Assembly (NCBI GenBank): GCA_963693055.1
Contig: OY843751.1
Span: 6,112,001 to 6,176,000 of the forward strand
DNA: 64,000 bases
From: a bacterium
Lineage (GTDB): Bacteria > Zhuqueibacterota > Zhuqueibacteria > Residuimicrobiales > Krinioviventaceae
Direction of reading: 5' to 3'
Shown here: piece by piece, positions 37,571-49,100 of the stretch
Position numbering within the stretch: position 1 is the first letter of the stretch
Layout: each line of letters starts with the position of its first letter
Translations under genes and position numbers: made by a program
The notes under the pieces: model-generated
Seen by the model: the letters and a program-made list of their open reading frames with translations, nothing else
Databases searched by the model: none
Told to the model about the DNA's origin: nothing

Positions 37571-40500
37571 TTATCTCACAATGATTAATTTTTTCCAATC
37601 CTTGAACTCTCCGGAATCCAGCGTAATTAAATAAACTCCGCTGCCGGCATCCCGTCCGTCTTGCAGACGGCCATTCCACAAAAACGAATTCCAACCGCCA
37701 TCGTAAAAATCTTCTGACAGGGTGGTGATCAAACGACCACTCACATCAAAAACATCCAAACGCGCCAGACGTTCATAGCTGAGTTTGAATTTAATGTCTA
37801 CATAACCATCTATTCCGGGGCGAAAAACGTTTCGGTCAAGCACCATATGGTTTTCGCTTTTTACAACAAGGTGGGTTTGACCAATACCTTCGTTCCCGCG
37901 TTTTCCATAGGCATGGATTTCAAGAATGATATCATCTGCCAGGGTACCGCTATATAAATGGGGTTGATCGTAATAGTCGTCAATGTTGAACCAGATGTCC
38001 GGTTGTAACAGATTGTTTGAAATAAAATTATCTGCAAAGTCTTTAATGACCTGACCGTTTGGCAAATAGATCCATAAATCCCACGATGTTATCTCTACAG
38101 GCACCTGCACCCGGATCATTGCGCTGTCGGTTACGTCAATAGTTGGGGGTAAGGCCTCAATTAACGGAGTGAATGGTTCCGGTTCTTTGACATAATTGTA
38201 AACCCGTAATTCAGACGTATTGTTTTCTGTTTTTTCAGGTTTTTCATCCGCAGCAGAAACCGTAACCCGATTGTCTAACGGATTTAGACCGATTGGCATC
38301 AGTCCTGGAACAACAGCATGAAAGGTCAGAACCTGAGATCCACCTGCCGGAATGGAAGTGATATTCCAGACAATAGAGTCTGAATTTGATGTAAAGGGTG
38401 CAGGATCAAATGTGTGAATCGAAAGCTCCTGCGGATAATAATCCACAACTCTTACATCATAGGCGGTCATATCGCCCAGATTCTGTATGGTGAGCTGGTA
38501 AACATAATCTTCACCTTCACGTGCAAAGTTGTAGGAAAGGCTGTTTACTGTACCATTAGAATCTGTAATTGCGATTTGGGCCGGGGTAACATCTATAAAG
38601 TCAGTTTCAATTTTTTCAAGTATATAAGCTGTGTTTTGAGCAGCGTTGTTGACTGCAACTGTATCATGTATTGCTTGTATGCTTGCTCCTGCAACAACGG
38701 CTTGCGGATACATTGGCAGTTCAGTCGGGGTTTGTGCGGCAAATGTTACCGTCCAGGTTGCTCCCACGGCCAACGAGTCAATGGACCAGTCAAGTGAATC
38801 TGCAGACTCGCTGGTTTTGGAGAAATCAGAAAGGGTCACAATATCGGGAACAGTTGCGTGAACTAATATATCTAATCCCGGTTTTGGACCATGATTAACA
38901 ACAGAAAGATGATACTGGTAGCGGTTACCGGCTTCTGTTGCAGGATAGGTAATACCGCCTGATACATATTGCGAATCTGCAATTGCAACAAAGATGATTT
39001 CAGCATCATAGTTTTTGGATGGTTCTGGTGGTAATGGAATGATGCGTATGCGTTCACTGTCGCTGTCGTTGCTTGCATTGGTATCATCTACATTTGAAAT
39101 GATAACCGATGCGTCAAACCATTGCAATGTACTGTCAACATTGGGATCCAGCATCATTTGCAGAATGATAACAGAATCAGCGGATACGGGCAGCAGAGCA
39201 ATGTTCCAGGTGGCCGTTGTTCCAAATTCTGTTGCACCATCCTGTGGTTCTACCGAAGCTTCCAGCAAAGTCACATAGTCAGGTACCGAGAAACCCAGTG
39301 AGGTTGAATTTGCATCATCCGGACCCAGGTTGCCGTAATCTATAGTATAGAGGAATGTGTCACCTGGGAAAACAGCGTTAAACGTATTCTCTTCAAAAAC
39401 CTCTGTGGTATCGGTAGTTGAAGCAATGGTGGTCCACACATCGGTTTCGTTGGTGTCTGGCGGGGCCAGAACATATAGGAAATCACTGTCTATATTATTT
39501 ACAGGATCCACATCATACGGTTCAAAAATTTCTGATGACAGTGTGAGTTTTTCAGGAAAATAAGGCAGGTTCCATTTGGATTTGAGTACCATACCAATCA
39601 AAAGCACAGAATCAGGATCAAACTGTGCAAAATTCCATTGCAGAGTATCTCCGTTTGTTACATCCGGCTGTATACTGAAGGCCGAGATGGTAACCGACTC
39701 CGGTATTATGGTTTGCAATACAGAAGCTACAGACACAAAGGGACCGTTATTGGAAACATTCATCTCGTAGGTAAATGTATTACCACCAACAACCGCTTTA
39801 TGAGGTGTAGAATCAATGGTAATAGTTGTGTCTGATTGTATTGCTACATTCACACCCATATCCAGAACCGTGTCTTTTCTCACAATGTAAAATACATCCG
39901 TATCACTATTGTTGTCTAGAATGCTGTCATTGTCAGCGCTGACCTGGGCAAGGCTGTTCACAGTTATCATGGAATCAGCAAGTCCGGATTTAACTTCTGC
40001 CTGGTATATCCAGGATTTTTGAGAATTGGGAGGAATCAGGCCAAAATGCCAGGTCACCTGATTTGCCTGGATCTGAACCGGAGTTTCTTCGGATTCAGTA
40101 AAAGAGAGTTGTGGTGGAATTGTGGTTGTTACCACAATATTTCTAGCGGTATCCGGCTGCAAGTTTGCAATTGTAATGGTCAGGGGAACCGTTTCATCGC
40201 GCATGGCAAGTTTTAATGTGTCCTGACCGCTTACCAAAAATGAATCCGGATTGGATTCCAGTGTAATGGCAAGGTCTGCAACTTCAACGGGCAATTCATC
40301 ACCAATCCAGAAATGGTCTCCATCAATATTATTGGAAAGATCAATATCATTGGGTGCCGTTATTTGGGCAGTAATGTTTTGATAGGTAAAACCTTCCGGC
40401 ATAACCGGTGGTATTTGTGCGTCAACCCAGACAGAAAAAGTATCGTCAGGTGCCAAACGCGGCAGGTTCCAGATAAACTGTCCGTTTATCGTATCATCCG

Positions 40501-41236
40501 GAGTGATCGAGAGTGTAACGTTTATCAGCGAATCCGGCAGGTTGGCTTGCATTTGCGCAAAGCGGATGTCATTGATAAAATTATTAGAGGCCTTGATGCG
40601 GATCCTTACCGCTTCATTGGGATACGCCACTTTTTCAAGCCGGTTGTTAACCAGATCATTGTGAAGGGTCCAGGCATCTACGCTGACCATAGCATCGATC
40701 TGGGGTTCGGCAATCACATAGAGGCTGTCAAGAACGTAAAGACTTTCAGCTTCTCCATGGGGGCCACCCATGACACCATTTAAAAACTGCGGATATTCGT
40801 CCGAGATTTGAATATAATGGTGCAGCCGGATTGTGTGTAAACCCGATTTGAGATAAAATAATCCACCATCTTCAAAAACAGGATCAGACGTCATACCCGG
40901 ATAATCTGCTATCACTTTGTATGGCCCTGCGTTTGAATCGGATGGGGTTGAAACCAAACTGTCCTCATCAATTATCGTAATAAAATAGGACTCGTTCAGT
41001 TGTTCATCACCACTGTCATGGACCATGTTGGCCCAAACACGGTAATAACCATCATGCTCAATCGTCACATCAGACATGTTCACTTGCATTTGCTCGGGGC
41101 CTCTGTCAATTCTGACCCCAACATATGAATAGAGTGAATCATCCTGAATTGATTGATACTGAGCAAAAACACCGGCAGCCAATAGTAATACAAGCGCCGG
41201 TATGCACTTGAACAGACACGCTTTGTTTTTTTTCAT
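37571..41236 (-). CDS. Large secreted DUF11-repeat protein with FlgD-type C-terminal domain
   Basis: Several repeats of Y.(L/I).(V/I).N.GP...N..D; C-terminal LDRNVFRPG...WNG...GSGVY...KKLIIVR. Confidence 0.85.
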   Translation of the reverse strand: MKKNKACLFKCIPALVLLLAAGVFAQYQSIQDDSLYSYVGVRIDRGPEQMQVNMSDVTIEHDGYYRVWANMVHDSGDEQLNESYFITIIDEDSLVSTPSDSNAGPYKVIADYPGMTSDPVFEDGGLFYLKSGLHTIRLHHYIQISDEYPQFLNGVMGGPHGEAESLYVLDSLYVIAEPQIDAMVSVDAWTLHNDLVNNRLEKVAYPNEAVRIRIKASNNFINDIRFAQMQANLPDSLINVTLSITPDDTINGQFIWNLPRLAPDDTFSVWVDAQIPPVMPEGFTYQNITAQITAPNDIDLSNNIDGDHFWIGDELPVEVADLAITLESNPDSFLVSGQDTLKLAMRDETVPLTITIANLQPDTARNIVVTTTIPPQLSFTESEETPVQIQANQVTWHFGLIPPNSQKSWIYQAEVKSGLADSMITVNSLAQVSADNDSILDNNSDTDVFYIVRKDTVLDMGVNVAIQSDTTITIDSTPHKAVVGGNTFTYEMNVSNNGPFVSVASVLQTIIPESVTISAFSIQPDVTNGDTLQWNFAQFDPDSVLLIGMVLKSKWNLPYFPEKLTLSSEIFEPYDVDPVNNIDSDFLYVLAPPDTNETDVWTTIASTTDTTEVFEENTFNAVFPGDTFLYTIDYGNLGPDDANSTSLGFSVPDYVTLLEASVEPQDGATEFGTTATWNIALLPVSADSVIILQMMLDPNVDSTLQWFDASVIISNVDDTNASNDSDSERIRIIPLPPEPSKNYDAEIIFVAIADSQYVSGGITYPATEAGNRYQYHLSVVNHGPKPGLDILVHATVPDIVTLSDFSKTSESADSLDWSIDSLAVGATWTVTFAAQTPTELPMYPQAVVAGASIQAIHDTVAVNNAAQNTAYILEKIETDFIDVTPAQIAITDSNGTVNSLSYNFAREGEDYVYQLTIQNLGDMTAYDVRVVDYYPQELSIHTFDPAPFTSNSDSIVWNITSIPAGGSQVLTFHAVVPGLMPIGLNPLDNRVTVSAADEKPEKTENNTSELRVYNYVKEPEPFTPLIEALPPTIDVTDSAMIRVQVPVEITSWDLWIYLPNGQVIKDFADNFISNNLLQPDIWFNIDDYYDQPHLYSGTLADDIILEIHAYGKRGNEGIGQTHLVVKSENHMVLDRNVFRPGIDGYVDIKFKLSYERLARLDVFDVSGRLITTLSEDFYDGGWNSFLWNGRLQDGRDAGSGVYLITLDSGEFKDWKKLIIVR

Positions 41237-41324
41237 GTTTTAACCAATATTTTCAAGTAGATACGTTAAAGGATTACATTTATTAATACAAAAAACACTT
41301 TTAATTGCAAACACAAAATTGTAA

Positions 41325-42758
41325 TTACTTTAGTTGGAGCAATGCAACTGCTTCGATATGTGCCGTGTGGGGAAACATGTCTACAGGTTTGACTGCTGTC
41401 AACGTATATTTTTCCTCACACAACAGGCCCAGGTCTCTTGCAAGGGTTGCAGGATTGCAAGAAACATGTACAATTTTTTTCGGTTCCAGTTCCAACACTG
41501 CCGCAAGTGTGTTGGGATGCATTCCCGCACGCGGGGGATCAATGATCATTGTATCTGGGGTTCCATATCTTTCAGCCAGTCTTTGGGTATCTGATATCTG
41601 GTCCTTGAGATCACCCAGTTCAAAATCGCAATTGTTTATGGAATTAATTGCACAATTTTTATAGGCGTCTATTACCGCTGACTCGACCGATTCAAAACCA
41701 ATCACTTTGTTCACATATTCACTGATATATATAGAGATTGTACCTGCACCGCAATAGAGATCATAAACTGTTTCGTCATCTTTAAAATCCGCCATCTCTA
41801 CAACTACATCATATAATCTTTCTGCCTGTCTGGTGTTGGTTTGAAAAAAAGAGTTACCCGAGACTTCAAACTGATAATTGCCCAGTTTTTCAAAAATGGT
41901 CTTTTTGCCATGCAACAGGTATTCTTTTTCACTATACGCAACACTGGCTTTACTTTGAGTAGTACTGTATAAAAGACTTGTTATTTGTGGAAAACGAGCG
42001 CACAATTGTTCTCTTAGTTGTTCAGCAATATCTTTATTATAGGAATAGGTAACGACATTCACCAGCAGGTCGCCGGTGTTTTTACTCTTTCGAATAATTA
42101 AAAATCGCCAAAAACCTGTATGATCGCGAGTGCTGTAGCTGTCAAGTCCGCTTTCACGTGCAATCTCTCTGACCGTATCGAGAATCTCTGTTGCAATGGG
42201 TTCAACGAGATGACATTCCTTCAAATCAATAACCTTGTCAAAAAATCCTTTTGCGTGCATGCCGAGAAACAAGCCGGTCTTTTCAAATGTTTTATTACTT
42301 TCAATCTCTTGTACAGACAACCAACGATCCCGACTGAAAGAAAATTCCATCTTATTGCGATATTGTTCTGTTTCAAGCGACGGTAAGATTGGCTGCATAG
42401 GAACATTTTTAAAACCACCCAGACGGGCAATGGAATCCTTAACCTGATCTTCTTTGGTTTTTAACTGTTGTTCGTATTGCAGGTGCTGTAAAGAACAACC
42501 TCCACAGGATTGAAAATGGCTGCAAACCGGATCAACCTGCCATTCAGAGGTTTTTATTACTTCAAGAGTACGGGCTTCATAATAAGATCGTTTTTTCTTG
42601 AGCAGCCTTGCTTTTACGGTTTGCCCGGGAATGGCACCTTCTACAAAACAAACCATTTCACCCAACCGGGCGATCCCCTTTGCGCCAAAGGCAAGGGATT
42701 CTATATACAAGTCTACCGTCTCCCCTTTTTTGGGCAGCGGTGTCTGTTGTGATGACAT
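41325..42758 (-). CDS. rlmD: 23S rRNA (uracil-1939-C5)-methyltransferase RlmD
   Basis: TRAM domain; CSHFQSCGGC Fe-S motif; YRNKMEF, SFFQTN, DLYCGAG, DPPRAG, VSCNP and DMFPHT.H.E motifs. Confidence 0.95.
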   Translation of the reverse strand: MSSQQTPLPKKGETVDLYIESLAFGAKGIARLGEMVCFVEGAIPGQTVKARLLKKKRSYYEARTLEVIKTSEWQVDPVCSHFQSCGGCSLQHLQYEQQLKTKEDQVKDSIARLGGFKNVPMQPILPSLETEQYRNKMEFSFSRDRWLSVQEIESNKTFEKTGLFLGMHAKGFFDKVIDLKECHLVEPIATEILDTVREIARESGLDSYSTRDHTGFWRFLIIRKSKNTGDLLVNVVTYSYNKDIAEQLREQLCARFPQITSLLYSTTQSKASVAYSEKEYLLHGKKTIFEKLGNYQFEVSGNSFFQTNTRQAERLYDVVVEMADFKDDETVYDLYCGAGTISIYISEYVNKVIGFESVESAVIDAYKNCAINSINNCDFELGDLKDQISDTQRLAERYGTPDTMIIDPPRAGMHPNTLAAVLELEPKKIVHVSCNPATLARDLGLLCEEKYTLTAVKPVDMFPHTAHIEAVALLQLK

Positions 42759-42774
42759 GTACTACTTTCTTTAA

Positions 42775-43353
42775 TTATTCAAGAATTCGTTTAGCGCCAA
42801 GATATTGCTGTTTGTACGGAGATTGAGTAAGTATTGAAACGGTTACCCCACTACTGACTGAAGCATGTACAAATTTGCCCTTTGCCAGATAAAAACCAAC
42901 ATGTAGTGGCTTTTTTCCCTGCCCATCATTGAAAAACAATAAATCACCAAATTTCAGATCCCGTACGGAAACCGATGTTCCGGTTTTTGATAATTGAGTT
43001 GTGCTGTGTGGTAAATCAATATCTGCGGCTCTTTTATACATGGTTGCAATTAAACCTGAGCAATCGGTGCCAGATGGAGAAGCACCACCCCATACATAAG
43101 GAGCGCCCATAAACCGCTTGATCTCTGCAATAAAAGCATTATACATGGTTTTATTCAAGCGTTTGCCGGTTCCGGAAATTGCTGATTGTTGTGGCGAACT
43201 GCTTGATTCCGGGGTTGATGCAGGTGAGTCCCAGGCAGTGCGGGATGTTTCACCATCCAGGTTTTCAGGATATCTGGGTACAAGCTTAATCCCACAACCC
43301 GGCAATAAACCCATGGAAAATATTGTTAATGCAATGATTATTATCCGATTCAT
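42775..43353 (-). CDS. NlpC/P60 (C40) cell-wall peptidase lipoprotein
   Basis: Lipobox LPGC; PYVWGG..GTDCSG, GDLLFF, HVG.Y and FVHAS motifs. Confidence 0.93.
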   Translation of the reverse strand: MNRIIIIALTIFSMGLLPGCGIKLVPRYPENLDGETSRTAWDSPASTPESSSSPQQSAISGTGKRLNKTMYNAFIAEIKRFMGAPYVWGGASPSGTDCSGLIATMYKRAADIDLPHSTTQLSKTGTSVSVRDLKFGDLLFFNDGQGKKPLHVGFYLAKGKFVHASVSSGVTVSILTQSPYKQQYLGAKRILE

Positions 43354-43481
43354 ATAAAAATTCCTTTACTGTATTGAAATTAATAGTTTTATAGTAAATA
43401 TTCAAGGAAAATATGTAAAATAAATTTTAACTTGTATATCATCTTATATTCTTATAATTTATAGAAAAAGCAGGGAATTAT

Positions 43482-43865
43482 ATGGCTAAAGGCTCAAAAG
43501 GTGTAGAGTTTCGTATCGTATTGTTTTTCCTGGTACTTGTGCTGGGTTATCTGGGCTATCAAAAATACGGTATACCATTGCAGGCAATAGGAACATCACA
43601 CTTTATTATTTATGATACTCAGGCTGAAAATGATGCGTATATAAAGGCAAATTTGTCTAAAAAACAAATGAGTACGCTAGATCGTTTATTGTTGAAAGAA
43701 AAGAAAGACGGTGGTTTGCGGTTGAGTACCAAAACTCTTTCCAACATGACCCATGGTGATGTGGAATTGGAACAGGCATATTTGCGTTGGAGAAAGTGCA
43801 GAGAGATGATGCGCTCTAAACATCACACAATTTATCCGGATGAACGACATTTGTATAAAAAATAG
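43482..43865 (+). CDS. Hypothetical protein with N-terminal TM anchor
   Basis: AGGGA RBS; single hydrophobic helix. Confidence 0.6.
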   Translation: MAKGSKGVEFRIVLFFLVLVLGYLGYQKYGIPLQAIGTSHFIIYDTQAENDAYIKANLSKKQMSTLDRLLLKEKKDGGLRLSTKTLSNMTHGDVELEQAYLRWRKCREMMRSKHHTIYPDERHLYKK

Positions 43866-43888
43866 AGTCTTATTGGGTAAATCCATAC

Positions 43889-45202
43889 ATGGTTAAACTT
43901 TCAATCTTTTTCAAAATAAACTGGATGATGCTTAGCCGGGGAAAAAAAATCCGCAAGCTGGCAGAGATAAAAAATCCTAAACGGCGGTCTGCAATTATAC
44001 TGCTGGAAACAGATCCCCAGGTGTGTCAGGCGGCACTGTCTTTACCGTTAACACCCAATGGTATAGCGGCTATTGCACGTAGGCATAAAACAGTATATGT
44101 GCGCCTGTTGGCAACGCAGATGCTGGAAAATGAATCGGTTCTTACTACTATTGCAAGACATGATCCTAATGACAGCGTTCGACGATTGGCTTTGGACAAG
44201 AGCAAAGATCCACGATTGGTACAAGACCGCTGTAAAAATGATCCTTCACTGATTGTGCGCAAGGCTGCTGTTATACGGTTAACGGATGCTTCCATGTTGA
44301 GGCGGGTGATTCTTTCTGACAAGAGCCCGGTTGTTCGGCTGGCCGCGCTTGAAAAAGTATTTGATGATGAATTGATAACCAAAGTGGCTTTTGACGATCA
44401 GGATACGGATGTGAGGGCGCTGGCTGTTTCCAGAATTACACAGCAAAAGCTGTTGCAGCAAATCTTGAGTAAAGATAAAAGCACAACTGTACAAATTGCC
44501 GCAGTTAGGAATCTTATCTCTCAGGATATTCTGGCCATGTTTTTATTTAGCCCGCTGGAAGAACCCGTAAAAATAGAAATTATAAAACGACTCAAAGACC
44601 AGAATGGACTATACCAGGCAGCAATACGCGATGAAAATGAAACCATTCGTATTCATGCTGCAAAAGCAATTATAGACCCTGCATTGCGCGCCAAACTTGC
44701 CAAGAGTTCACCGGATTTGCAGGTGAGACTGAATGCAATTGAACAGATAACAGATCAGAACATACTGGCAGATATTGCAACCTTTGACAAATTGAACCAT
44801 ATCCGTGTTGCGGCATTAAATAAAATACGGGAACAATCAATTATCAAAGATATTGCTTGTACGGATCCTGATGAGATTGTCTGTTTTCATGCGGTAGACC
44901 GGATAGCACGTGCGAATTTGCTTTATGACATTATCATGACTGCAAAGCTGTTCCCGGTGAGAACGTATGCGTTGGAAAAGTTGAATGATCAGGAGTGGCT
45001 GGCCAATGTAATTTTTAATCATAAAAGTGATACGCTGCAGGAACAGGCACTCACCAAAGTGATCAGCCCCAAAGTGCTTGAAGATATTGTACTGCAAACC
45101 AAACTGGATATTAAATTGAGACGCAATGCGCTGGAAAAGTTGAAAAATACCCCCAAATTTCATTTTTTGAAAAAACTGGTTTATCCTACTGAGGAATTAT
45201 GA
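43889..45202 (+). CDS. HEAT-like/LRV alpha-solenoid repeat protein
   Basis: Roughly 15 tandem ~25-aa repeats of VR..A...(L/I).D...L..IA..D. Confidence 0.8.
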   Translation: MVKLSIFFKINWMMLSRGKKIRKLAEIKNPKRRSAIILLETDPQVCQAALSLPLTPNGIAAIARRHKTVYVRLLATQMLENESVLTTIARHDPNDSVRRLALDKSKDPRLVQDRCKNDPSLIVRKAAVIRLTDASMLRRVILSDKSPVVRLAALEKVFDDELITKVAFDDQDTDVRALAVSRITQQKLLQQILSKDKSTTVQIAAVRNLISQDILAMFLFSPLEEPVKIEIIKRLKDQNGLYQAAIRDENETIRIHAAKAIIDPALRAKLAKSSPDLQVRLNAIEQITDQNILADIATFDKLNHIRVAALNKIREQSIIKDIACTDPDEIVCFHAVDRIARANLLYDIIMTAKLFPVRTYALEKLNDQEWLANVIFNHKSDTLQEQALTKVISPKVLEDIVLQTKLDIKLRRNALEKLKNTPKFHFLKKLVYPTEEL

Positions 45203-46131
45203 GATCTTTAGTTTTATATATGTTATTCTTTTCATCCCTGTTGATTGCACAGGTCCCCGGGAATGAGCTCCAATTGCAATTGAAATTTATTCGTACAATT
45301 GGTGAACGTGGAGATGCTCCGGGACAGTTTGAATCTCCTGCCAGCCTGGATGTTTCACCCATGGGCAGGTTGTATGTGGTGGATACCGGCAATAATCGCA
45401 TTCAACAGTTTGATGAATTGGGCAAACTGGTTTCTCATATTGGTGGATTTGGATGGGAGAGCGGGCAATTTCAACAGCCAATGGATATTGACAGTGGCAA
45501 TGCTCTTGACCTTTATATTGCAGATCAGGAAAATAACCGTATTGAACGCTATGATAAAGACCTGAACTGGATTTCCTCGCTTTATTCTGATGATGCTTTG
45601 GAAGAAAATTTGAGATTTGCTTTTCCTGTATCCCTAAGTATAAATATGCATGGCGAATTGTTTATCATTGACCGGGATTATAAACGCACGTTAAAATTCA
45701 ATTCCCAGTTTGAGCCCATCATCCGGTTTGGAGATTTTGACTGGGGTGATGGAGCATTAAAAACACCTGTTCATATTCATGTTTCGCAGAATGACAAGGT
45801 TTATATCTCTGACCAGGAAGCCGGTTGTGTTAAAGTATATGATGATTATGGAAATTATCTATATGATATGGGTAATGAACAGTTGTCTTCTCCCACAGGT
45901 CTTTGTACAGGCCCTAAAAATTTACTCATTGTGGCGGATAGTGTACAAGACCAGCTTTTATTTTTTGATGTCAATGGTCGACTGGTTTACACATTTGGAG
46001 CGAGTGGAGATGCTTTTGGAGCATTCAACAAACCCGGTGATGTAAGCTGCTTTCGTGACAACCTCTATGTTGCCGATACCGGCAATCATCGTATTCAATT
46101 GTTCAAATTAACTTTTTTGTCGTCCAATTAA
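45199..46131 (+). CDS. NHL repeat (six-bladed propeller) protein
   Basis: GQF..P..L.V, YVVDTGNNRIQ and YVADTGNHRIQ repeats; signal peptide. Confidence 0.92.
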   Translation: MRSLVLYMLFFSSLLIAQVPGNELQLQLKFIRTIGERGDAPGQFESPASLDVSPMGRLYVVDTGNNRIQQFDELGKLVSHIGGFGWESGQFQQPMDIDSGNALDLYIADQENNRIERYDKDLNWISSLYSDDALEENLRFAFPVSLSINMHGELFIIDRDYKRTLKFNSQFEPIIRFGDFDWGDGALKTPVHIHVSQNDKVYISDQEAGCVKVYDDYGNYLYDMGNEQLSSPTGLCTGPKNLLIVADSVQDQLLFFDVNGRLVYTFGASGDAFGAFNKPGDVSCFRDNLYVADTGNHRIQLFKLTFLSSN

Positions 46132-46138
46132 GGTAAAC

Positions 46139-49100
46139 ATGTCCGCATTCATCAGCCCCCAACGGATCCGTATTTGCTTCTTGATGGTTTTGATATCCTT
46201 ACCTGTATTCGCGCAAACCAGCGGTAAGCTGGGTCAAACAAGTTTGTATGAAAAAGATATTACCCTGATGGGTGAAGACCGCAAAGGCCCCTATTTTTTG
46301 CCTGACAGTTTGATTCTTGCCAATTCCGAATCTATATTCATAAACGGAGAGCCGTTACCACCCATAGCCTACGAAATGGATTATATTGATGGAGAGGTCC
46401 GTTTCAAAAATTCTATTAGTAGCTCTATATCAATTCGGTTGAAATATAAAGTGCTGTATGTACCGTTGTTAAAAAGTTATTATCATCGACAAATCAAGCA
46501 GCGTGTTTTTAACGCGCCCACAGGACCGTCAGACCGGCACAAAGTATCGTTAGAGCAGGAGGAGGAAGAAGAATATGCCGCCAACCTCACCAAAAGCGGA
46601 AGTATTACTCGTGGCGTGACCATGGGCAACAACCGTGGTTTAAAAGTCAATTCCAGTTTGAACATAAATGTAAACGGCAAAGTAGCAGAGAATGTTGAGG
46701 TAGTGGCCTCACTTACGGACCAGACTACCCCAATACAGCCAGAGGGGACTACTCAGAACTTGCAGGAAATTGATAAAGTTTTTGTACAGATCAAGGCGCC
46801 CCATCTTTCCGCAACCATGGGTGATTTTCAGCTCAATTATTCCGGGACCCAGTTTGCCGGATACAGTCGTAAACTGCAGGGAGCGATGGGTAAAGCAGAA
46901 AGTGAGGATTTTCAAATTTCTGTTTCAGGCGCGGTTTCGCGAGGTACTTATACAACCATGCAATTCAACGGGCAGGAGAGCTACCAGGGACCATATCAGC
47001 TAAAAGGTGATTTAGGGCAGATTGATATAATTATTCTGGCGGGAACGGAACGGGTTTATATTGATGGGGAGCAAATGGTGCGGGGAGAGACCAATGATTA
47101 TATTATTGATTATGCTGCCGCACAGATTACGTTTACCCGCAAGCGCCTTATCACATCCGATTCCCGCGTTACCATAGATTTTCAATACTCTGATGAAAAA
47201 TTCAGACGAAATCTTTATTCCGCTGAAGGCAAGGCTCAATTTCTGGATGGGCGCATTTCTTTAACAACTACGTATTTGCGTGAAGCAGACGACAAAAACA
47301 ATCCTCTTGACTTTACCCTCACAGATGACAAATTGTCCGTGCTTCAGGCTTCGGGCGACGAATCTCAACTTGCGGCTATTGACGGGGCCTCGTATGTCGG
47401 CCTCGGAGAAGGGCGTTATATTAAAGACGATCAGAGCGTTTTTGTCTATGTGGGTGCAGATTCAGGAGATTATCAGGTGTCTTTTTCCGATGTGGGAAGT
47501 GGCAATGGCGCGTATCAATATAAAGGTTCCGGTATATTCGAGTATGTGGGTGAAAATGAAGCGCGTTATGCTCCCGTAGTGGTGCTGCCACAAGCACAGA
47601 GCCACAATCTGCTCGACTTTGATCTGCTGATGCAGCCGGTTTCGTTCCTGAAACTGCGCGGTGAAATTGCCGTGAGTGGACGGGATGAAAATACCTATTC
47701 GGACATTGATGATGATGATAATGATGGTCTAGCCCAGAACTGGTCTATCGGATTGGTGCCTGAAAAGATGCGGTTGTTTGGTAAAGATCTGGGTAGAATG
47801 GATCTTACCGGTTCCTGGCGCAAGATTAATAATGGCTTCAGTGATATTGACCGGACTACCGAGATTGAATACAATCGCAAATGGGACCTGCCCAATGACG
47901 CGCAGCGTGGAGAAAATACACGGGAGCTGACAGGTCGCTATATGCCTGTTACCGGTCTTGCTGTGGGGGGATCTTATGGCAGTACGCGTAAAGAGTTGTT
48001 TCGGTCAGAACGCTGGCAGGCGGAGAGTAGTTTAAAGCGAAAAGCCTTGCCGGAATATTCGGTCAAAGTAGAGCAGATCAATACCGAGAACGATAATACC
48101 CGGCAATCAGGAGACTGGTGGCGAAGTAAAGGCAATGTGTCATGGTCTTTGTGGTCTGTTCGGCCTTTTTCAAAGTATGAGGGAGAAAAAAAACGCGAAA
48201 ACTGGTCTGATTCTTTGTACACAGGTTTCAAGTTTGACGACGTAACCGGTGGTATAGAGCTCAATCCTTTTCAAAAATTATCGATAATGGCCCAAATATC
48301 GAATCGGCAGGACAGCGATTATGACGGTCCCGGAAGCTTTGAAAAAAAATCAGAAGCAAATACACAGAATTATCAGATGCGGTTACAGAATATAAAGTCG
48401 TTCAATGCCAGTCTTGATTTTACACATCGTGAGCGTATATATGCCGACCCGCAAGTGAGCAATGTTAATACCGATCTGGCCGAGCTGAGAATGGGTTTTC
48501 ATCCCTGGAAACGGGCTATAAGTGCGGACATGAATTACCAGATTTCAAACACCGCTACTGCGAAAAAAGAGCGTGTTTATATCGAGGTTACCGAGGGAGA
48601 TGGTAACTATCGTTTTGATGAAGATTTGAACGAATATGTTAGCGATCCCTTGGGGGACCACATTTTAAGAATTCTTACAACCGATGATTTTCTGCCGGTG
48701 GTTGAATTAAAATCCAGTTCACGGTTACGATTTGAACCGCGTAGAGTGTTTAAGCCGGCGTCTTCAAAAAAACAACCGTTCTGGAAACGGGCGGTATCTG
48801 CACTTTCCTCAGAATCGTATGTGGTTATTGATGAAAAATCTCAGGAAGAGGATGTTTGGGGAATCTATTTGATGGATTTTTCAAAATATCGCCAGGAAGC
48901 CACTACGATATTCGGAAATTTGCAATTCAGACAGGATTTGTACCTGTTTGAAAATGATCGTGATTTTTCATTGCGATTCAGATACCGGTCCCGTGATGAA
49001 AAAAATAATCAGTATTTGGAAGGCGGCCAGGACCGTATAGAGCAGGAGCGCATTCTTCGAATTACAGCCCGACTGGCAGATAAATGGAGTTCACAATCCG

